Notes under the pieces: model-generated | What the model was told of the DNA's origin: nothing | What the model saw: only the letters and a program-made list of their open reading frames with translations | Database searches by the model: none | Assembly (NCBI GenBank): GCA_025454875.1 | Contig: JALONP010000008.1 | Coordinates: 38,616 to 102,615, forward strand | Source of the DNA: Bacteroidia bacterium | GTDB taxonomy: Bacteria; Bacteroidota; Bacteroidia; UKL13-3 | Direction: 5' to 3' | Length of the DNA: 64,000 bases | In this document: piece after piece, positions 56,124 to 64,000 of the stretch | Numbering within the stretch: position 1 is the stretch's first letter | Layout: the number at the start of each line of letters is the position of its first letter | Made by a program: the position numbers and the translations under genes

Positions 56124-58382
56124 ATGATGTACAAACGAATCGCCATTACTGCATGGTTGATTGTTTTTTGCATGCACTTTATTGCTGCGCAACAACCAAC
56201 CATGCTCACTGGGCTCGTGCTCGAAACAAACGCCAAAGGAACCATTGAACCCGTTCAAGGTGCGTTGGTGCATTGGGCTGGAACAAGCATAGGTACTGCC
56301 ACCGACTCTGCTGGTGTATTCACCATTGCTACGCATCCAACTGCTCGTTTGTTGGTGATACAGGCTATCGGGTACCAAACCGACACCATAGTAGTTGCTG
56401 CAAAAAACTTTGTTAAAGTGATGCTAATTAACAAAACCAAACTTGGTGAGGTTACCATTGCTTATGAGCGCAAAGCCACCGAAATCAATTACCTAGACCC
56501 ATGGAAAACGCAAGTAATGAATGAACAAGAATTGTTTAAAGCTGCATGTTGCAATTTGAGTGAAAGTTTTGAAACCAATCCATCAGTAGATGTAAGTTAT
56601 ACCGATGCGCTCACCGGAACCAAACAAATTCAGCTATTGGGATTGGCAACCCAATACACACAAGTTACACAAGAAGCCATTCAAGGCATTAGAGGACTGG
56701 CAAGTGTAAGTGGATTTGTATACACACCGGGTACGTGGGTTAAACAAATACAACTTACCAAAGGCGTGGGTTCGGTGGTAAATGGATACGAAAGTATTGC
56801 AGGGCAAATTAATGTTGACCTGCATGCGCCAACAGAATCAGAAAAACTATACCTGAATGGTTATGCAAGTGAAGGTGGCCGGTTTGAAACCAATATTGTG
56901 TTGAACAATAAAGTCAATTCTAAATTTAGCCAAGGTGTATTAATGCATGCAAGTGGGTATACCTTGCGCATGGATCGTAACGAAGATGGGTATTTGGATA
57001 ATCCGTTAGGCTCTCAATACAATTTACTTTACCGTTTCGGATACAACAACCAAAAAGGTTGGGTACTCATGGGAGGCGCACGTGTATTAAGTGATAGCAA
57101 AATAGGCGGACAAGAGCAAATTACCCAATCGGTATTCGACAACCCTGCGCCCACACTTTACGGAACCCAAATTGTAGCCAATAGAAAGGAAGCTTGGCTT
57201 AAAACCGGTTATGTGTTTCCGAAGAAAAAATACAAAAGCATTGGTGTGCAACTGCAAACGGTGAACCAAACCTACCGCTCTATTTTTGGCTTAAATAGGT
57301 ATAATGGCAACCAGCAATCAGGTTATTCAAACCTTATTTACCAAACCATTATTGGATCAACCAATCATAAAATTAGAACGGGTATTAGTAATTTATATGA
57401 TTATTACGATGAACGGTTTTTGAACCAACAAATACCATACACTTTTAACCGTACAGAGTGGGTAACGGGCGCATACCTAGAATATACCTATAGTTACCTT
57501 GCCTTATTTACGTTGGTTGCTGGGTGGCGCAGTGATTACCACTCCTTATTTGGATGGCAACATGTTCCGCGTTTGCATGTACGGTATGCCTTATCTGAAA
57601 AAACGGTACTACGCGGTTCAGCAGGTAAAGGTTGGAGAACACCTAATGTATTAGCCGAAAATACTGGATTGATGATTAGTTCACGTACATGGAATTTTAC
57701 AACCACCCACCTAAACAATCCGCTCACCCTTTCGCCCGAGATTGCATGGAACTATGGTTTAAACCTTACCCATACATTCAAACTTAATTACCGCCCTGGA
57801 ACATTGAGCGTGGATTACTACTATACCGATTTTACTAAACAATTTGTGATTGACCGTGATGCCAATGCACAACAAGTAAATGTATATGCACTAAACGGAG
57901 CATCGTATTCAAACAGCTTGCAGGCCCAACTTGATTACCAACCTATACGCAGGTTTGATGTGCGCATGGCATACAGGTGGTTTGATGTACGACAACAACT
58001 CAACCAAGGTGCTTTGCAAATGCCATTGATTGCAACACACCGTGCGTTTGGAAATTTGGAATACAAAACCAAAACCAAGTGGAGTTTTGATGCAACGGTG
58101 CAATGGACAGGTGCTAAAAGATTACCCAATACCCAATCGAACCCTGAAGGTAAAAGACTCAACGATTATTCGCAACCATTTTGGATTGTAAATACACAAG
58201 TTACAAAGGGTTTTGCTTCGCGTTGGGATGTGTACCTAGGCATTGAAAATGTGTTCAACTTTAAACAACCCAATGCCATTGTGGATAGCGCCAATCCATT
58301 TGGGCCTTACTTTGATGCAAGTATGATTTGGGGACCTGTATTTGGCCGAATGGTGTATGTTGGGTTTAGGTTTAAGAGGTAA
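56124..58382 (+). CDS. TonB-dependent outer-membrane receptor with an N-terminal carboxypeptidase-regulatory-like domain.
   Basis: Signal peptide, plug plus 22-strand barrel pattern, C-terminal ...GFRFKR. Confidence 0.8.
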   Translation: MMYKRIAITAWLIVFCMHFIAAQQPTMLTGLVLETNAKGTIEPVQGALVHWAGTSIGTATDSAGVFTIATHPTARLLVIQAIGYQTDTIVVAAKNFVKVMLINKTKLGEVTIAYERKATEINYLDPWKTQVMNEQELFKAACCNLSESFETNPSVDVSYTDALTGTKQIQLLGLATQYTQVTQEAIQGIRGLASVSGFVYTPGTWVKQIQLTKGVGSVVNGYESIAGQINVDLHAPTESEKLYLNGYASEGGRFETNIVLNNKVNSKFSQGVLMHASGYTLRMDRNEDGYLDNPLGSQYNLLYRFGYNNQKGWVLMGGARVLSDSKIGGQEQITQSVFDNPAPTLYGTQIVANRKEAWLKTGYVFPKKKYKSIGVQLQTVNQTYRSIFGLNRYNGNQQSGYSNLIYQTIIGSTNHKIRTGISNLYDYYDERFLNQQIPYTFNRTEWVTGAYLEYTYSYLALFTLVAGWRSDYHSLFGWQHVPRLHVRYALSEKTVLRGSAGKGWRTPNVLAENTGLMISSRTWNFTTTHLNNPLTLSPEIAWNYGLNLTHTFKLNYRPGTLSVDYYYTDFTKQFVIDRDANAQQVNVYALNGASYSNSLQAQLDYQPIRRFDVRMAYRWFDVRQQLNQGALQMPLIATHRAFGNLEYKTKTKWSFDATVQWTGAKRLPNTQSNPEGKRLNDYSQPFWIVNTQVTKGFASRWDVYLGIENVFNFKQPNAIVDSANPFGPYFDASMIWGPVFGRMVYVGFRFKR

Positions 58383-58388
58383 ATGCGC

Positions 58389-59807
58389 TTAATGCGAAAT
58401 GGATTGTGTACTCATTGAAACGCCTTGTTTCGTGAGCACATTTTTCACCCTCACTGCAAAATAAACCAAGTAACCAAAACAAGGAATGGTAACAATGTAT
58501 GAAAGGTGGATGCCAATACTTGGTGAGTCGCCTAGCAAGCCTTGTAATGGTGGTATAATGGCTCCACCTAAAATCATCATGATTAAAAATGCTGAACCTT
58601 GAGAGGTATGTTTGCCTAAACCTTGAATGGAAAGGCTAAAAATACAAGGCCATAGTACCGAACATGCCAATCCTCCACTTATTAAACTCAAGATAGCTAT
58701 TTGCCCAGTGGTTGCCAAACCTATAACCATGCAAACCAATCCAAATGCCGAAAACAAATACATGCCACGTTGCTGGTTATCGCCAGCCAAATAAGCAAGC
58801 AACGCCATTAACCCAACAGGAATGGTATAAGCCAAAAAGGTTTGCACATTGCTCCCATTGAGTGCATTTACCCCAAGTACCAATGCAAAGCCAACCAACG
58901 GAACAGCTATATGCGCTGCCTGCTTTTGGGTTGTAGTTAAGTTAAACATTCCGATGGCACCTGTCCACCTGCCCACTAACAAACTACCCCAAAAAAGGGA
59001 AATAAACGGAGCCAATTGCGACTCTTGGTAACCGCCAAATTCGGGAAGCTGGAGCAGTGCACCCAAATTGCTCTGAATGGTTACTTCAACCCCTACGTAT
59101 AACAAAATGGCAAGCATGCCCAACCGCAATTGCGGAAATTGAAGGGCACCCATTCCGGGTTCAATTGTTTCGGTATTGGTAATATTGGGTAGCGCAGATG
59201 CGCCAAAAAAAAGAGCCATCAACACAAACAAACATGCCACACCAATATACAATCCGATAATGGCTTGTAATGAAGTCGAACTTACAGAGGCATGCACACT
59301 TCCAAACAAAACATAACTTACAACCAAAGGCCCAATGGTGGTTCCAAATGAATTAACTCCACCAGCTAAGTTAAGCCGCGTAGCTCCTGTTTCGGGCGAA
59401 CCCAACGCAATTACATAAGGTTGTGCGCAGGTTTGTTGGAGTGAAAAACCAAGTGCAAGTAAAAAATAAGAGGCTAAAATACTCGCATAAGAACCCATTT
59501 GTACTGATGGAATGATGGCCAAAGCTCCGAATGCTGATAACAATAATCCATAAACAATGCCCTTTTTATAGCCAATTCGATTTAGCAAGTCGGCTCCAGA
59601 AAGTTTCGCATACAAAAACAACAGCAGCGAACCAATAAAATAACCACCATAAAAAGTTAAGTCGATTAATTGGGATTGAAACTGGCTTAACGAAAAATAA
59701 CTTTTGCAAAAAGGAATAAAGATGCCATTGGATGCGGCTATAAAGCCCCAAAAGAAAAATACAACTACAAGAGAGTACAACTGAGATTTTTGTGTGGCTG
59801 TTTGCAT
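58389..59807 (-). CDS. MFS transporter (FucP/GluP-like sugar:H+ symporter).
   Basis: 12 TM helices; MFS-like topology. Confidence 0.65.
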   Translation of the reverse strand: MQTATQKSQLYSLVVVFFFWGFIAASNGIFIPFCKSYFSLSQFQSQLIDLTFYGGYFIGSLLLFLYAKLSGADLLNRIGYKKGIVYGLLLSAFGALAIIPSVQMGSYASILASYFLLALGFSLQQTCAQPYVIALGSPETGATRLNLAGGVNSFGTTIGPLVVSYVLFGSVHASVSSTSLQAIIGLYIGVACLFVLMALFFGASALPNITNTETIEPGMGALQFPQLRLGMLAILLYVGVEVTIQSNLGALLQLPEFGGYQESQLAPFISLFWGSLLVGRWTGAIGMFNLTTTQKQAAHIAVPLVGFALVLGVNALNGSNVQTFLAYTIPVGLMALLAYLAGDNQQRGMYLFSAFGLVCMVIGLATTGQIAILSLISGGLACSVLWPCIFSLSIQGLGKHTSQGSAFLIMMILGGAIIPPLQGLLGDSPSIGIHLSYIVTIPCFGYLVYFAVRVKNVLTKQGVSMSTQSISH

Positions 59808-60119
59808 AAAATGCGAATTGTTTGTTCAATGTTCGTTTTTTATACCTGTATTCCCAATCTGCATTACCCACATTTGGTTTAGGCTGACCAATTAACCATT
59901 CAGTGCAATTTTCCGCTCAACCTGCTATTTTTCCATTGGTGGAATCATGTATGGTATTTTCAGTCAATTCCATTTACATTCGAATGGTAACCAGTGTAAT
60001 GACATGAAAACAACCACACTTATTTTATTATTGGGTTTTGGCTCATTGATACCCACTAAATGCAGCATTGCCAAAAAAGAACCTAAACCAGTTGAAAAGC
60101 CGACCTCTGCGGTATTGGA

Positions 60120-61235
60120 TTGCAATGCAAAACAACAACTAGCCTTGGGTGGAATGCCCTTTGTATTGGTAAATGCAAGAGGCAAAGCTGCAGCATGATC
60201 AATGCAATTAAAAAAGAAAAGCTGTATTGGATTTGCCAAGTTGGTGGTTGGTTCTTATTTACCATCCTCGAACTTTCGACCTATATAGATATCGATGGCT
60301 TAACCCCAAAACTGATTAACAATGCAATTGCATTTTATTTTTTAGGCATATCGGTTACGCATTTCTATCGCCTACTCCTTATCAAACTGGGATGGTTGCA
60401 ACTGCCATTATACAAAATTATTCCAAGAGGATTGATAGGTGTATTGCTCATGTCTGTTCTTTTAAGCATAATCAATATCCAACTCGATCAATACACTTAC
60501 AGTCGACTTGAATCGATGGTTATAACTGTTCCCATTTTTTTAGGGTACTTTTTTAACCTTAGCAAATACATTTTATTATGGTCGCTCACCTATCATTTGT
60601 TCCAATACTGGGAACGGTCACTCAAAGCCGAAAGAGATAGGTATCAACTCGAAGCGGTGCTCAAAGACAATCAATACCAAAATTTAAAGACCCAATTAAA
60701 CCCACACTTTTTATTCAACTCGTTAAACAGCATTCGTACATTAATTGATATGGATCCTGAGTTGAGTAAAACGGCCATTACCAAATTGTCGGGTTTATTA
60801 AGAAGCTCGCTGCAAGCAGGTAAACACAAAACGGTAACATTGGAGCAAGAGTTGCAAACTGTAACCGATTACCTTGCAATTGAAAAGATTCGGTTTGACG
60901 AACGTTTACAGATTGAGTTTGATATTGCACCTGAAACGAATAACCTTCAAGTGCCACCATTAATGATTCAAACCTTGGTTGAAAATGCAGTAAAACACGG
61001 AATTTCAACGTTGAAACAAGGGGGTGCCATTCGTATTAAATCAATGGTTGTAAATGAACGGCTTGTGATTTCAATCACTAACTCTGGACAATATATACCT
61101 AAAATAAACCACGATGGTTTAGGAATTGAAAACACCAAACAACGGCTTGCTATTTTGTTCGATGAACAAGCAAGCTTTACCATCGAAAATATTGACCCAA
61201 CAAATGTAAAAGCGACTTTATCTATTCCAATATGA
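60120..61235 (+). CDS. LytS/YehU-family sensor histidine kinase (His_kinase PF06580-like).
   Basis: KTQLNPHFLFNSLNSI H-region plus HATPase_c. The start may be the internal Met at ~60196. Confidence 0.8.
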   Translation: MQCKTTTSLGWNALCIGKCKRQSCSMINAIKKEKLYWICQVGGWFLFTILELSTYIDIDGLTPKLINNAIAFYFLGISVTHFYRLLLIKLGWLQLPLYKIIPRGLIGVLLMSVLLSIINIQLDQYTYSRLESMVITVPIFLGYFFNLSKYILLWSLTYHLFQYWERSLKAERDRYQLEAVLKDNQYQNLKTQLNPHFLFNSLNSIRTLIDMDPELSKTAITKLSGLLRSSLQAGKHKTVTLEQELQTVTDYLAIEKIRFDERLQIEFDIAPETNNLQVPPLMIQTLVENAVKHGISTLKQGGAIRIKSMVVNERLVISITNSGQYIPKINHDGLGIENTKQRLAILFDEQASFTIENIDPTNVKATLSIPI

Positions 61236-61960
61236 ACCAAACCATAAAAGCAGTTATCGTTGATGATGAAAAACTAGCTCGTGAAGGGCTCAAGTCATTG
61301 CTCAAATCTTTTCCGGAAATTGAATTGGTGGGCGAAGCAAGCAATGTTGATGAAGCATTGGATGTAATTGATGAAAACAAACCTGAATTGCTTTTTTTAG
61401 ATATTGAAATGCCAGAAAAGTCAGGCTTTGATTTATTGGAAGAACTCATTGAAACTCCTTGTGTAATCTTTACAACGGCCTACAACGAATTTGCTATCAA
61501 AGCATTTGAAGTGAACGCGCTTGATTATTTGCTAAAGCCAATACAACCACAACGGTTAAGTGAAGCCATTGCCAAGGTAAAAAAACAACTAATTGATATT
61601 GGCAGCGAAAAAACCAAGAACACTTTAGGTGAGAGCGACCAAGTATTTATTAGAGATGGCGATAGGTGTTGGTTTGTTAAATTAACAGATATTCGGCTTA
61701 TCGAGAGTGCTGGCAATTATGCTAAGTTGCACTTTGAAAACAACCAGCCACTTATTCACAAAACACTCAACGCACTCGATGAGCGCTTAAGTCCCGGTTT
61801 GTTCTTTAGGGCTAACAGACAACAAATCATCAACCTCAAATACATTGATAAAATAGAACCCTTCTTTAATTCAGGATTTCTGATTTACATGAAAGATGGC
61901 AAGAAAGTAGAAGTGAGCAGAAGACAATCGGTTAAGTTTAAAGAGATGATGAGTTTGTAA
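61232..61960 (+). CDS. LytTR-family response regulator.
   Basis: Receiver domain (VDDE...D in FLDIEMP) plus a C-terminal LytTR DNA-binding domain. Confidence 0.85.
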   Translation: MNQTIKAVIVDDEKLAREGLKSLLKSFPEIELVGEASNVDEALDVIDENKPELLFLDIEMPEKSGFDLLEELIETPCVIFTTAYNEFAIKAFEVNALDYLLKPIQPQRLSEAIAKVKKQLIDIGSEKTKNTLGESDQVFIRDGDRCWFVKLTDIRLIESAGNYAKLHFENNQPLIHKTLNALDERLSPGLFFRANRQQIINLKYIDKIEPFFNSGFLIYMKDGKKVEVSRRQSVKFKEMMSL

Positions 61961-61974
61961 CAACTACAACCTCA

Positions 61975-63006
61975 TTATGGTGTTAACGGAAATACAATTT
62001 CGGTTAACCACTTATTGGTATCAGGCTCCAACTCTGGGTCGGTTATATAATATTCAATAGGTGATGCTTGCGATTTTAATTGTTTCGACTCAAGATAGAT
62101 ATAGGTTGTTTCATACACAGCTTCCATGTTTCCATAACCTCCTTTGTGCTTTACAACAAAAGCTTTAAAGCCACCAAACTCTCTAAAAGCAACATTACCA
62201 GTTTTACTGCCTGCCTTTTCAACAGGAATAGCCGTTTCCAAAGTTACCCTGCTTGGTTCATATTCATGATAAATGGCCATTGGCACTCCAGCAGGTTTTA
62301 ATTTTTGTGAAGAAATGGCTTGGGCAATTTGTCCAAACCATTTGGCAAATGAATTGCTACTCAATTCGGCTGGTTTTAATGTAGAAGTAATGGAAGCAAT
62401 TTGTGTGATTGGGAAATCACGCATCTCTGTTTCAAAACTCATAATACGATCTGATGGCTCAGTCGACTCACTAATTTCTTTCAGTTTCGCAAGCCCCTTC
62501 TCATAATCTTTACCAATCATTTTATCCATCATCAGGTTAAAATATTTGCCTGGTATTTTCCAAAACCACGGCATACCTTCACCATTGCCTTCAAGCGTCC
62601 AAGTAACTTTTGTTCCTCCCTCAACTGGTTCAAATAGGTATTTAGCAGTTGAAACACCCATGCCATCGAACTCGAGTTTGTTTTCTATAAATTCATTAGC
62701 CGACATATTTACTATGGTTACCTTTCCTTTACCAGCGTCTGGATTCTTACTATCCCAAGTATAATAAGAACCAACCTCGCCTTGCACCTCACTATAGGTT
62801 TTAACCATTGCAGTATCTATTTCATGCCAAGGCGACCATCGATCCCAAGCCCTGAAATCTTTTGCTAATCCAAACGGAACTGCAACATCTGACTGAATTA
62901 CAATTGAACGTTCAACATAAAAGCCACTTGGCAAGAAGAACGAAATAAGCACTGCAAGCAATAACAAGCTCGCAATTACCAATCCAATGGTTTTAATCAC
63001 TTTCAT
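61975..63006 (-). CDS. Hypothetical membrane-anchored protein, possibly of the SRPBCC/GyrI-like ligand-binding fold.
   Basis: N-terminal TM anchor (MKVIKTIGLVIASLLLLAVLISFFL). The fold assignment is a guess from length and composition. Confidence 0.35.
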   Translation of the reverse strand: MKVIKTIGLVIASLLLLAVLISFFLPSGFYVERSIVIQSDVAVPFGLAKDFRAWDRWSPWHEIDTAMVKTYSEVQGEVGSYYTWDSKNPDAGKGKVTIVNMSANEFIENKLEFDGMGVSTAKYLFEPVEGGTKVTWTLEGNGEGMPWFWKIPGKYFNLMMDKMIGKDYEKGLAKLKEISESTEPSDRIMSFETEMRDFPITQIASITSTLKPAELSSNSFAKWFGQIAQAISSQKLKPAGVPMAIYHEYEPSRVTLETAIPVEKAGSKTGNVAFREFGGFKAFVVKHKGGYGNMEAVYETTYIYLESKQLKSQASPIEYYITDPELEPDTNKWLTEIVFPLTP

Positions 63007-63068
63007 AATGGATATTGATTTGTTATAACCAAAACTAAGCATAAAAATGAACTTCTAAAAATGGGTTA

Positions 63069-64000
63069 TCTTTGCTCCATGCAAAAAAAGCGGGTTGTAT
63101 TATCCTTTATTCTTTTATCAGTTGGTTTCATTGTATCGTTGCTATTTACCCAATCAACTCCTACCGATGAACACAAAGCTGCAAATGAGTTTAAAGAATA
63201 TTACAGAATATACTCCTTAAAACAACCAGACAAATTATGGTTTGCAGGCGAACCTGTACCAATGCAAGAATGGGAAATTGCTGAACGGTATGATCGTGAA
63301 ATGCTTACCAACGTATATTGGCAATCGCAAACAATTTTATTAATTAAACGCGCCAATCGCTTTTTCCCAATTATTGAACCTATTCTAAAACAACACGGCA
63401 TTCCTGATGATTTTAAATATTTAGCAGTTGCTGAAAGCGGTCTGCAAAATGTAACATCACCTGCGGGAGCAAATGGTTATTGGCAATTTTTAGACAAAAC
63501 AGGGCAACGATATGGGCTTGAAATTACAGAAGAAGTAGACGAACGTTTGCATCTTGAAAAAGCAACGCATGCAGCATGCGCTTACTTTAAAGAAGCCTAT
63601 AGAGAATTGCAAAATTGGGCATTGGTAGCTGCCTCATATAATATGGGAATAGAGGGCATTAAAAAACAATTACAACAACAACAAGTAAACTCTTACTATG
63701 ATTTGTATTTAAATTCTGAAACATCTAGGTATGTGTTAAGGGCTATTGCACTTAAAAGAATCATACAACACCCACAATCTTTTGGATTTTACTTACCTAA
63801 AAGTCACCTCTATCAACCCATTCAATCCAAATCAATCACTATTGAAACAAGTATTACCGACTTAGCAATTTTTGCTAAATCATTAGGTGTAAGTTACAAA
63901 ATGCTGAAAGTTTTTAATCCGTGGCTTCGTAAAAATACGCTAACCGTTACTGCTTCTAAATCTTATAAACTCGCTATCCCGTTAGATACTCTCAAAGCAG
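63069..64000 (+). CDS. Lytic transglycosylase (MltD-like; SLT domain, then start of LysM repeats). Partial: it runs off the window end.
   Basis: Open frame from the ATG at 63069 to the window end. AESGLQNVTSPAGANGYWQF SLT catalytic motif; LysM-like GVSYKMLKVFNPWL near the end. It is not in the ORF track because there is no stop codon inside the window. Confidence 0.7.

Noticed and set aside
1-64000. CRISPR arrays, cas genes, integrases/transposases or prophage structural genes.
   Set aside because: No regularly spaced short direct repeats. The only tandem array is the 31-bp x3.5 repeat with no spacers. No tyrosine/serine recombinase or DDE transposase motifs were recognised in any ORF.

Overview
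This 64-kb window looks like a chromosomal segment from a Bacteroidota-type genome. GC is about 40%, many products carry N-terminal secretion signals, and there are TonB-dependent receptor and LytS/LytTR genes. Most of it is housekeeping: aconitase, formate-THF ligase, SerS, cyclophilin, MnmE, RecQ, Kup, Prs, L25, TypA, CorA, an acyl-CoA dehydrogenase and one tRNA-Gln. The stand-out is an ~8.3-kb all-minus-strand defence island at ~19.85-28.28 kb, wedged between a cvfB-like gene and mnmE. It contains an AbiEi/AbiEii pair, then a tightly coupled four-gene cassette. Gene 1 is an N6-adenine methyltransferase with an N-terminal HsdR-N-like PD-(D/E)xK nuclease domain. Gene 2 is a two-TRD specificity (S) subunit. 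Gene 3 is a small B3-like DNA-binding plus PD-(D/E)xK nuclease that overlaps the S gene by ATGA. Gene 4 is a 507-aa DndB-like DGQHR (ParB-fold) protein fused to a C-terminal nucleoside-2-deoxyribosyltransferase/SLOG-like Rossmann domain. No HsdR helicase/translocase subunit is present. Downstream of the cassette is a start-less C-terminal gene fragment. I regard the M/S + small nuclease + DGQHR-NDT cassette as the most likely undescribed system in the window. Other non-obvious structure: (a) two diverged (~90% identical) ~360-bp inverted copies of a hairpin-rich non-coding element flanking the fhs + desaturase gene pair, with a near-identical ~170-bp core; (b) two tandem ~75-nt small-RNA-like elements upstream of the first gene, each with a conserved stem-loop plus an intrinsic terminator; (c) a 31-bp x3.5 tandem repeat with GNRA-like hairpins between the acyl-CoA dehydrogenase and corA; (d) a Kup / DUF1003 / KdpD-like HK / KdpE-like RR / porin cluster with no kdpFABC. 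No CRISPR array, integrase or transposase was seen. All calls rest on motif recognition in the supplied translations and my own reading of the DNA; no database search was possible.
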